A stretch of 25,117 nucleotides of DNA, taken from Patescibacteria group bacterium (GTDB lineage Bacteria > Patescibacteriota > UBA1384 > UBA12157 > JAENIV01). Positions 16,898-23,907 of the stretch are shown here, piece by piece (the first letter of the stretch is position 1; each line of letters opens with the position of its first letter). The stretch is taken from positions 1 through 25,117 of the forward strand of contig JBBUEO010000023.1 of assembly GCA_038056915.1 (NCBI GenBank), given 5' to 3'. Position numbers and translations under genes: made by a program. A model generated the notes under the pieces. It ran no database searches. It was not told where the DNA came from and saw only the letters and a program-made list of their open reading frames with translations.

Positions 16898-18805
16898 ATG
16901 TGCGGAATAGCTGGGATAGTAAATTTAGATATGAAACCGGTTGAGAAGAAAATTCTCATCAAGATGACACGGGCGCTTGCTCATCGCGGGCCGGATGATG
17001 AGGGATTTTTAATTGATAAAAATATTGGTCTTGGCCATCGGCGGCTTTCGATTATCGATTTGACAGCCTCCGGTCATCAGCCGATGTTTTATGATGGCAG
17101 GAATTTGGCGATTGTCTATAACGGGGAAATATATAATTATTTGGAGATCAAAAATGATCTAATTAAAGAAGGGTATAAATTTAGGTCTAAAACCGACACT
17201 GAAGTCATCTTGGCTTCATACAAAAAATGGGGTTTTGACTGCTTAAAATATTTCAACGGCATGTGGGCGTTTGTTATTTATGACAAGCGAAAGAATCTTC
17301 TTTTTGCGTCAAGAGACAGAATCGGCGTCAAGCCTTTGTATTATTATAAAGACAAACAAAATTTTATTTTTGCCTCTGAGCCCAAAGCAATTATTAAGCA
17401 TCCAAAGGTCAAGACCCGGCCAAATGATAAAACAATTTGGGATTTTTTAATCTGCGGTTTGGTTGATCATTCGGAAAATACTTTTTTTGACGGCATCAAA
17501 GAATTAAGACCAGGGCATTATATTAAAATTCAAAATTTAAAATTCCCTGCGAATGCAGGCATGAAAATTCAAAAATACTGGGATTTGGATCCAAAAAAAC
17601 AGCCGATTTATAAAAAAGATCAGGATTATGCCGAAAAATTCCGCGAGCTCTTTATTGATTCAGTAAGACTGCGGTTAAGATCTGATGTCCCGATCGGCAC
17701 CTGTCTTTCCGGCGGTCTGGATTCGTCGGCAATTGTCTTAGTGGTGAACAATTTTCTTAAAGAAAAAATAAAAATAAAACAGCTTGGCAAATGGCAAAAA
17801 ACCTTCTCGTCAGTTTTTGATGATAAAAAATTTCCTTATTGTGATGAAAGCAGATTTATTAAGGAAGCCATCAAAAAAACCCAAGCCAAGCCTCATTATG
17901 TTTTTCCCTCGGGTCAAAAACTCGTAAGCGAGATTAAAAAGCTGGTTTATTTTCAAGACTATCCCTTTTCTTCCACCAGCATCTATGCCCAGTGGAATGT
18001 TTTCAGATTGGCGGCCTCTTCCGGCATTAAAGTTATGCTTGACGGTCAGGGTTCTGATGAATTTTTAGCCGGCTATCATCCTTTTTTTGGCATCTATTAT
18101 GGTCAGCTTTTACGCGAATATAATTTGCCAAGATTTATTTATGAGATTTTCCAGTATTCCCGTCATCACGATTACTCTCTCTTTCTCATCTTTAAAGATC
18201 TTTTTTATGATTTATTAAGAAAAGGTTTTTTGGGGTTTAATTTGCCTATTTTTTCTAAAAATCAAATGGAGGAATATAGTCTTTTTTGTCCAGAGTGGCA
18301 ACAAAAATATCAAAGCCCTAAAGCCCTTATGCCAACAGGGAATGTTTTTAAAAACGGCATTCACAGCGGTCTTAAAATGGGATTGCCGTCGCTGTTAAAA
18401 TACGAAGATCGGGATTCAATGGCTTTTTCGATTGAGTCCAGGGTGCCGTTTTTAGATTATCGGCTAATGGAGTTTATGTATTCCCTGCCAGATAATCAGC
18501 GCATTCGTCACGGTCAAACCAAATGGGTGATGAGGGGGGCACTCAAGGGGATTTTACCGGAAAAAATCCGCACCCGCCAGGACAAAATCGGTTTTGCCAC
18601 TCCGGAAGAAATTTGGATGAGAGGGGGGTTAGGTCAAGACATGAAAAAAATTTTTTCGTCAGAGCAATTTAATCGCCGCGGCTATTTTGTCCCGGGTAAA
18701 GCATTGGAAATGTTTGAAAAATATCTTGGAGGAAAGATCGGCAATTATCAATTATTTTGGCGGCTTTATTGTTTGGAAATGTGGTTTAGGGTTTTTATTG
18801 ATTGA
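16898..18805 (+). CDS. asnB: AsnB-type glutamine-dependent amidotransferase (likely uronic-acid amidation)
   Basis: N-terminal MCGI (Ntn Cys), HRGPDD, NGEIYN, PP-loop SGGLDS, GQGSDE, ESRVPFLD. The symbol denotes the family; the glycan role is inferred from context (WbpS/WbqG-like). Confidence 0.93.
   Translation: MCGIAGIVNLDMKPVEKKILIKMTRALAHRGPDDEGFLIDKNIGLGHRRLSIIDLTASGHQPMFYDGRNLAIVYNGEIYNYLEIKNDLIKEGYKFRSKTDTEVILASYKKWGFDCLKYFNGMWAFVIYDKRKNLLFASRDRIGVKPLYYYKDKQNFIFASEPKAIIKHPKVKTRPNDKTIWDFLICGLVDHSENTFFDGIKELRPGHYIKIQNLKFPANAGMKIQKYWDLDPKKQPIYKKDQDYAEKFRELFIDSVRLRLRSDVPIGTCLSGGLDSSAIVLVVNNFLKEKIKIKQLGKWQKTFSSVFDDKKFPYCDESRFIKEAIKKTQAKPHYVFPSGQKLVSEIKKLVYFQDYPFSSTSIYAQWNVFRLAASSGIKVMLDGQGSDEFLAGYHPFFGIYYGQLLREYNLPRFIYEIFQYSRHHDYSLFLIFKDLFYDLLRKGFLGFNLPIFSKNQMEEYSLFCPEWQQKYQSPKALMPTGNVFKNGIHSGLKMGLPSLLKYEDRDSMAFSIESRVPFLDYRLMEFMYSLPDNQRIRHGQTKWVMRGALKGILPEKIRTRQDKIGFATPEEIWMRGGLGQDMKKIFSSEQFNRRGYFVPGKALEMFEKYLGGKIGNYQLFWRLYCLEMWFRVFID
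17525..17576. repeat. Intragenic heptamer run (AAAATTC-type) with embedded CCTGC-GAAT-GCAGG hairpin
   Basis: AAAATTC AAAATTT AAAATTC CCTGCGAATGCAGG CATG AAAATTC AAAAAT; encodes KIQNLKFPANAGMKIQK. Confidence 0.6.
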
Positions 18806-18811
18806 ACATGG

Positions 18812-18958
18812 AAACATAGCCTTGTGGTATCCCTTGCTTCTAGCCTCCCTAACCAACCTACTCGGTCTCTTCCGAATAACCTCGCGCCTGGCTCGGTTAT
18901 ATCGGGGCGAGACCGAGACCGGCATTTCGCTCGGGACACCACTTCGGCTATATTGTTT
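18812..18958. other. GC-rich 147-nt intergenic rod-shaped hairpin with central asymmetric bubble (structured ncRNA or REP/MITE-like element)
   Basis: Nested pairings: AAACA/TGTTT, TAGC/GCTA, GTGGTATCCC(18824-33)/GGGACACCAC(18933-42), CTCGGTCTC(18861-69)/GAGACCGAG(18909-17), CCGAATAACC(18872-81)/GGTTATATCGG(18895-905). Confidence 0.75.
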
Positions 18959-19014
18959 ATAATCTTTATTGCAGGAAATAAAATTATAGACTATATTTAA
19001 AACTTAGAGGTCAA

Positions 19015-19980
19015 ATGAATTTTGCTAGAAAAAAAATTTTTATCACCGGCGGGGCCGGTTTTATTGGCTCTCATATTGTTGATGAACTTCTTTTAGAAAA
19101 ACCGGGACAAATTGTGGTTTTTGATAATTTTATCCGCGGCACTAAAGAAAATCTTAAAGAGGCCTTGAAATCAAAAAAAGTCAAAATTATTAAAGGCGAT
19201 ATCACTAATTTTTCTCATCTTAAACGAGCAATGAAGGGGACAGATTTTATTTTTCACGAGGCGGCTTTATGGCTTTTGGAATGTGAAGATAAACCCCGCC
19301 AGGCGATTAATATCAACATTATTGGCGCTTATAATGTCTGTCAGGCGGCAATTGACAACAAAGTCAAAAAAATTGTTGCCGCTTCTTCCTCAAGCGTTTA
19401 TGGCGACGGTCTTTATTTTCCGACTGATGAGAACCATCCTTTTAATAATTATCTCTTCTACGGCGCCACCAAGGTGGCAAACGAGCAATTCTATCGGGCT
19501 TTTTGGAAGCGTTATGGCCTAAATTACGTGGCTTTGCGATATTTAAATGTTTACGGACCGCGTCAGGATTATCGTTCGGCCTATATTTCGGCAATTATGA
19601 ACTTTATCAATAAATTGGCTAAGGGCGAGCCGCCGATAATTTTCGGCGACGGCACCGCTACTATGGATCTAATTTATGTTGGCGATGTTGCCCGGGCTAA
19701 TATTTTGGCTCTAAAATCAGCGGTGACGAACGAGGCATTCAATGTTGCTTCGGGTAAAGAGACAACTGTTAAAGAGCTGTTAGATATATTAGCCGATCTT
19801 ATGGGCAAAAAAGAAATTAAACCGATTTTTCAACCTCGCGACAAAAAACTGGTTTCCCGCCGTTTTGGCGACGCTCGCAAAGCACGAAAAATGTTGGGCT
19901 TTCGAGCCGAAACCTCTGTTCGAGAGGGGATGAAGAAAGTGATAGAGTGGAGAAATAAAATAGAAAATTCTAAATCCTAA
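19015..19980 (+). CDS. Extended SDR NAD-dependent epimerase/dehydratase
   Basis: TGGAGFIG, ASSSSVYG, catalytic YGATK, LRYLNVYGPRQ. Confidence 0.93.
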   Translation: MNFARKKIFITGGAGFIGSHIVDELLLEKPGQIVVFDNFIRGTKENLKEALKSKKVKIIKGDITNFSHLKRAMKGTDFIFHEAALWLLECEDKPRQAININIIGAYNVCQAAIDNKVKKIVAASSSSVYGDGLYFPTDENHPFNNYLFYGATKVANEQFYRAFWKRYGLNYVALRYLNVYGPRQDYRSAYISAIMNFINKLAKGEPPIIFGDGTATMDLIYVGDVARANILALKSAVTNEAFNVASGKETTVKELLDILADLMGKKEIKPIFQPRDKKLVSRRFGDARKARKMLGFRAETSVREGMKKVIEWRNKIENSKS

Positions 19981-20117
19981 TTTCTAAATCCTAAATAAAT
20001 CCCAAATCATAAATTTTAAAAAATTAAAATCGTTAGGATTTCGAAACCTATGGTTTTAAACATTAGAATTTTGAATTTAGATATTGTTTAGAATTTAGTA
20101 TTTCGTGCTTAGGATTT
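19965..20117. repeat. Heptamer-periodic imperfect inverted repeat, copy 1 (153 bp)
   Basis: Left arm AAATTCT AAATCCT AATTTCT AAATCCT AAATAAATCCC. Right arm, reverse-complemented: AAATCCT AAGCACG AAATACT AAATTCT AAACAATATCT. Includes the upstream stop codon (19978-19980). Confidence 0.9.
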
Positions 20118-20124
20118 AAAAACT

Positions 20125-21294
20125 ATGAATATTCCTATTACCAAACCATATTTTGATGACAAAGAAGCCCGAGCGGTGGCGGAAGTTTTAAAAACCGGCT
20201 GGGTGGTTCAGGGACCTAAAGTAACGGCCTTCGAAATTGCCATTTCCAAATTTACCGGGGCTCCATATTCAATCGCCACTTCTTCTTGTACGACCGGTCT
20301 TCATCTTTGCCTTCGTGCCTTGGAGATCGGTCCGGCTGACGAAGTCATTGTCCCAGCTTTTACTTTTATTGCATCAGCTAACGCTTGCGAATATGTTGGG
20401 GCTAAACCGATTTTTGTTGATATCGAACTTGAGACTTTTAATCTTGACCCGGAAAAAATCACCGAAAAAATCACCAAAAAAACGCGGGCGATTATGCCGG
20501 TTCATCTTTTTGGACTGGCGGCCAATATGGGAGAGATTTTAAAAATAGCCCGGAAATTTCGCTTAAAAATAATCGAAGATGCCGCCTGCGGCATCGGCAC
20601 GAAATACCTGCCTAAGGGCAAGGCAGGCCTTAACCGACATGTTGGTACGATTGGCGATATGGGAGCTTTAAGCTTTCATCCCCGAAAATCCATTACTACG
20701 GGCGAGGGCGGGATGGTGATGACAAAAACAAAAAATTTGGCCGAAAAAATCAAATCCCTTCGTGATCATGGAGCAGTAACTTCGGATTTAGCGCGCCACA
20801 AAAAACAAAGTCATCAATTATCGAAATATCCATATCTTGGCTATAATTATCGTCTCACTGACATCCAGGCCTCTATCGGTTTAGAGCAGGTAAAAAAGCT
20901 TAAAAAAATTCTTAATTTGAGGATCGAGAAAGCCCAAAAATATAATCAAACCTTTAAAAATCATCCATATTTACAGCCGCCGTTTATTCCCGCTTATTCT
21001 AATCATGCTTATCAGTCTTATGTTTTGTTGTTGAAAAAGAACTCGCCTTTAAAAAGAGACGAGATCGCCGAACATCTATCAAAAATCGGCATCGCTGTCC
21101 GTCAAGGAACCCAAAATGTCCCCTTGTTGGATTTTTATCGAAAAAAGTATGGCTTTAAGAAAACTGATTTCCCTAATGCTTTATACGCCGAAAAAAATAC
21201 TCTCACTATCCCTTTGTATAGCCAGATGACAGAAAAAGAACAAAATTATGTTATAGAAAATATCCTAAAAATTTTTAAAAATCCTAAATCCTAA
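20125..21294 (+). CDS. DegT/DnrJ/EryC1/StrS-family PLP sugar aminotransferase
   Basis: GWVVQGP, SSCTTGLH, IEDAAC, SFHPRKSITTGEGG (PLP lysine), GYNYRLTD, TIPLY. Confidence 0.95.
   Translation: MNIPITKPYFDDKEARAVAEVLKTGWVVQGPKVTAFEIAISKFTGAPYSIATSSCTTGLHLCLRALEIGPADEVIVPAFTFIASANACEYVGAKPIFVDIELETFNLDPEKITEKITKKTRAIMPVHLFGLAANMGEILKIARKFRLKIIEDAACGIGTKYLPKGKAGLNRHVGTIGDMGALSFHPRKSITTGEGGMVMTKTKNLAEKIKSLRDHGAVTSDLARHKKQSHQLSKYPYLGYNYRLTDIQASIGLEQVKKLKKILNLRIEKAQKYNQTFKNHPYLQPPFIPAYSNHAYQSYVLLLKKNSPLKRDEIAEHLSKIGIAVRQGTQNVPLLDFYRKKYGFKKTDFPNALYAEKNTLTIPLYSQMTEKEQNYVIENILKIFKNPKS
20607..20627. repeat. 21-nt in-frame palindromic insertion CCTGCCT-AAGGGCA-AGGCAGG
   Basis: Perfect 7-bp stem with a 7-nt loop. 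Removing it restores the family-length GTKYLNRHVG segment. Confidence 0.7.
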
Positions 21295-21399
21295 TTTCTA
21301 AATCCTAAATAAATCCCAAATTATTAATATTAAAAATTTAAACATTAGAATTTTGAATTTAGATATTGTTTAGAATTTAGTATTTCGTGCTTAGTATTT
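21279..21399. repeat. Heptamer-periodic imperfect inverted repeat, copy 2 (121 bp)
   Basis: 21284-21321 is identical to 19970-20007 (38 nt). 21337-21399 matches 20055-20117 at 62/63 nt. Includes the upstream stop codon (21292-21294). Confidence 0.92.
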
Positions 21400-21413
21400 G
21401 GAGCAAAGCAACC

Positions 21414-23213
21414 ATGTGTGGAATCGTTGGCATTTGGCAAAAAAACCCCGTCCCCCAAAAAATCATCCAAAAGATGACGCGGATTTTAGCTCATCGCGGC
21501 CCAGACGATGAAGGAATTTTAATTAATAAAAACATCGGTTTGGGGCACCGGAGATTAAGCATCATTGATCTTACCCCCACTGGCCATCAGCCGATGCTAA
21601 ATGAAGATAAAACCCTGGCAATTGTCTATAACGGCGAAATTTACAATTTTCTCCATATTAAAAAACAACTTCAAAAAAAAGGTTATCGTTTCCGTTCGAC
21701 TTCTGATACCGAGGTCATTCTTTATGCATATCAAGAATGGGGCAAAGATTGTGTCAGACATTTTAACGGCATGTGGGCCTTTGTAATTTACGACCGAAAA
21801 AAGAAGACTTTTTTCGCATCCCGCGATAGAATCGGCATTAAACCGCTATATTATTATTTTGACCAAGAAAAATTGATATTAGCATCAGAAATTAAGGCGA
21901 TTTTAAAATATCCCGGTTTTAAGCGGAAGGTTGATTTGGCGGCTTTAAATGAATATTTTACTTTTCAAAATTTTTGTTCAGACCGAACTTTATTTGATAA
22001 AATTAAAATTCTTCTTCCGGGAACAAATTTGTTTTACAATGGAGATCAGTTAAGAATTGATAAGTGGTGGCAGCCAATTTTTCAAGCTAAAAAATGGTCC
22101 CAAAATGAGCTTAAAGAAATAATTGTCAGTACTTTTCGAGGGGCGATTGATCGTCATTTAATTTCCGATGTGGAAATTGGTTCCTTTTTATCCGGGGGGA
22201 TGGACTCGGCTTCAATAGTTGCTTTGGCTTCGGAAAAAAACCAAGATCTGCGGACTTTCACTTGCGGTTTTGATCTGACAAATGTTTCCGGCATGGAGGG
22301 AGCATTTGATGAGCGAAAGGACGCGGAAATTGTTGCTAAAAGATATAACACCCGCCAATACGAAATGGTTTTACATTCCGGAATGATGGAAAAATCAATG
22401 AAAGATTTAGTCTGGCATCTGGAAGATTTGCGCACCGGCATCTGCCATCATGAATATTGGATTGCCAATTTAGCCGGTCAATTTGTTAAAGTCGCTTTGT
22501 CCGGGGCAGGCGGCGATGAACTTTTTGGCGGCTATCCGTGGCGATATAAAATTATTAAAAATATTCAAAAAAACGGTCAATTCGATAAAATTTATTATGA
22601 TTATTGGTCAAGATTAGTAAAAGATAATGAAAAAACTGATTTTTTTAATAAAAAAATAGCCAAAAAATTTGATTTTTCCAATCCCTTTTTTGAGTATCGA
22701 AAAATTATCGAGCCGGTTGATGAGCTTTTGCCTCTTGATAAAGCTTTCTATTTTGAGCAAAAAACCTTTTTGCCGGGGATATTGCTTGTCGCCGACAAAT
22801 TATCAGCCGCTTTTTCTTTGGAAGAGAGAGTGCCTTTTTTGGATCAAGAAATGATAAATTTATCATTGACAATTCCGGCAGCTTTGAAAGTTCAACAAGA
22901 AACTGGTAAAGTAATTTTACGCAAAGCAATGGCGAAAATCTTGCCCAGAGAGATTGTCAATAAAAAGAAACAGGGCTTTTCTCCGCCAGACGCGAGCTGG
23001 TATCGAGACGAATCCCTGCCTTATATAAAATCAATCATTTTAAGCAAACGAGCGTCGGCAAGACAATATTTTAACCCAAAATTTCTTGAGAAAATTATCC
23101 GCGAACATAGTTTGGGTCAGAAAAATCACCGACTTTTGATTTGGTCATTGCTTTCATTTGAATGGTGGAATCGGATTTTTATCGACGGTGAAAAAGTCGA
23201 AGGACATTCTTGA
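21414..23213 (+). CDS. asnB: Second AsnB-type glutamine-dependent amidotransferase
   Basis: The real start is ATG 21414, since the Ntn Cys must be near the N-terminus (MCGIVG); the ORF-track GTG at 21387 lies inside the repeat. Motifs HRGPDD, SGGMDS, GAGGDE, EERVPFLD; 599 aa. Confidence 0.93.
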   Translation: MCGIVGIWQKNPVPQKIIQKMTRILAHRGPDDEGILINKNIGLGHRRLSIIDLTPTGHQPMLNEDKTLAIVYNGEIYNFLHIKKQLQKKGYRFRSTSDTEVILYAYQEWGKDCVRHFNGMWAFVIYDRKKKTFFASRDRIGIKPLYYYFDQEKLILASEIKAILKYPGFKRKVDLAALNEYFTFQNFCSDRTLFDKIKILLPGTNLFYNGDQLRIDKWWQPIFQAKKWSQNELKEIIVSTFRGAIDRHLISDVEIGSFLSGGMDSASIVALASEKNQDLRTFTCGFDLTNVSGMEGAFDERKDAEIVAKRYNTRQYEMVLHSGMMEKSMKDLVWHLEDLRTGICHHEYWIANLAGQFVKVALSGAGGDELFGGYPWRYKIIKNIQKNGQFDKIYYDYWSRLVKDNEKTDFFNKKIAKKFDFSNPFFEYRKIIEPVDELLPLDKAFYFEQKTFLPGILLVADKLSAAFSLEERVPFLDQEMINLSLTIPAALKVQQETGKVILRKAMAKILPREIVNKKKQGFSPPDASWYRDESLPYIKSIILSKRASARQYFNPKFLEKIIREHSLGQKNHRLLIWSLLSFEWWNRIFIDGEKVEGHS

Positions 23214-23217
23214 GAAA

Positions 23218-23332
23218 AAATCCTAAATCCGAAATCCTAATTTCTAAACAAATCACAAATAACAAACTTTTAAAATTTGAATCATTGGAATTTATAATTT
23301 GTTTAGGATTTAGAATTTAGTGCTTAGAATTT
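23218..23332. repeat. Heptamer-periodic imperfect inverted repeat, copy 3 (115 bp, diverged)
   Basis: Left arm AAATCCT AAATCCG AAATCCT AATTTCT AAACAAATCAC. Right arm, reverse-complemented: AAATTCT AAGCACT AAATTCT AAATCCT AAACAAATTAT. Confidence 0.85.
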
Positions 23333-23340
23333 GGGGTTTT

Positions 23341-23907
23341 ATGGCTATTCTAAAATCTCACGGCACAGGAAAATTTAAAAGAGGTGATTTTCGAAAAATC
23401 GGTAAAAATGTCATTATTGAACCGGAAGTTTTAGTTTTCCATCCGGAAAACATTGAAATCGGCGACAATGTTTATCTTGGTCATCGGACGATCCTGAAAG
23501 CATATTATAAAAATAAAATGATAATTAAAGATAATGTTTGGATCGGTCAAAATTGCTTTCTTCACAGCGCCGGCGGGATTATTATCGGTCCGCGAGTGGG
23601 GGTTGCTCCCGGAGTGATGATGCTTGGTTCCCCTCATGATTTAAGTCAAGATAATTTAGGACCGATAAATGAACTGCCGTTAATTTATAAGCCGATTGAG
23701 ATTGAAGAAGGTTGTGACATCGGCATCGGGGCAATTATATTGGGAGGAGTAATTGTTCGAAGGGGCACTCAAGTCGGCGCCGGGGCAGTGGTGGCCAAAT
23801 CTACCCGACCGTTCTCAATTTTTGCCGGGGTGCCGGCAAAATTTTTAAGAAGGAGAAAAAAAACCAGTAAAAAACAAGATAAAAATACTTATGAAAAAAT
23901 TAATTAA
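23341..23907 (+). CDS. Left-handed beta-helix (hexapeptide) O/N-acyltransferase
   Basis: Hexapeptide repeats IGKNVI/IGDNVY/IKDNVW/IGPRVG, then IGIGAIILGGV, GAGAVV and AGVPAK. Start moved to ATG 23341 because the GTG at 23320 lies inside repeat copy 3 (188 aa). Confidence 0.9.
   Translation: MAILKSHGTGKFKRGDFRKIGKNVIIEPEVLVFHPENIEIGDNVYLGHRTILKAYYKNKMIIKDNVWIGQNCFLHSAGGIIIGPRVGVAPGVMMLGSPHDLSQDNLGPINELPLIYKPIEIEEGCDIGIGAIILGGVIVRRGTQVGAGAVVAKSTRPFSIFAGVPAKFLRRRKKTSKKQDKNTYEKIN

Noticed and set aside
18687-18962. 91-aa ORF spanning the asnB-1 end and the GC-rich hairpin
   Set aside because: It starts inside asnB-1 and has no motif. Its stop-free stretch is explained by the GC-rich hairpin.
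19965-23332. Repeats as canonical integron attC sites or a CRISPR array
   Set aside because: There are no RYYYAAC/GTTRRRY cores at the ends and no integrase in the window. The copies are separated by whole genes rather than short unique spacers, and no cas genes are present.
19965-23332. Repeats as Rho-independent terminators
   Set aside because: The stems are long, AT-rich and imperfect with no GC stem plus U-tract, and they end only 7-14 nt before downstream start codons that have no room for their own promoters.
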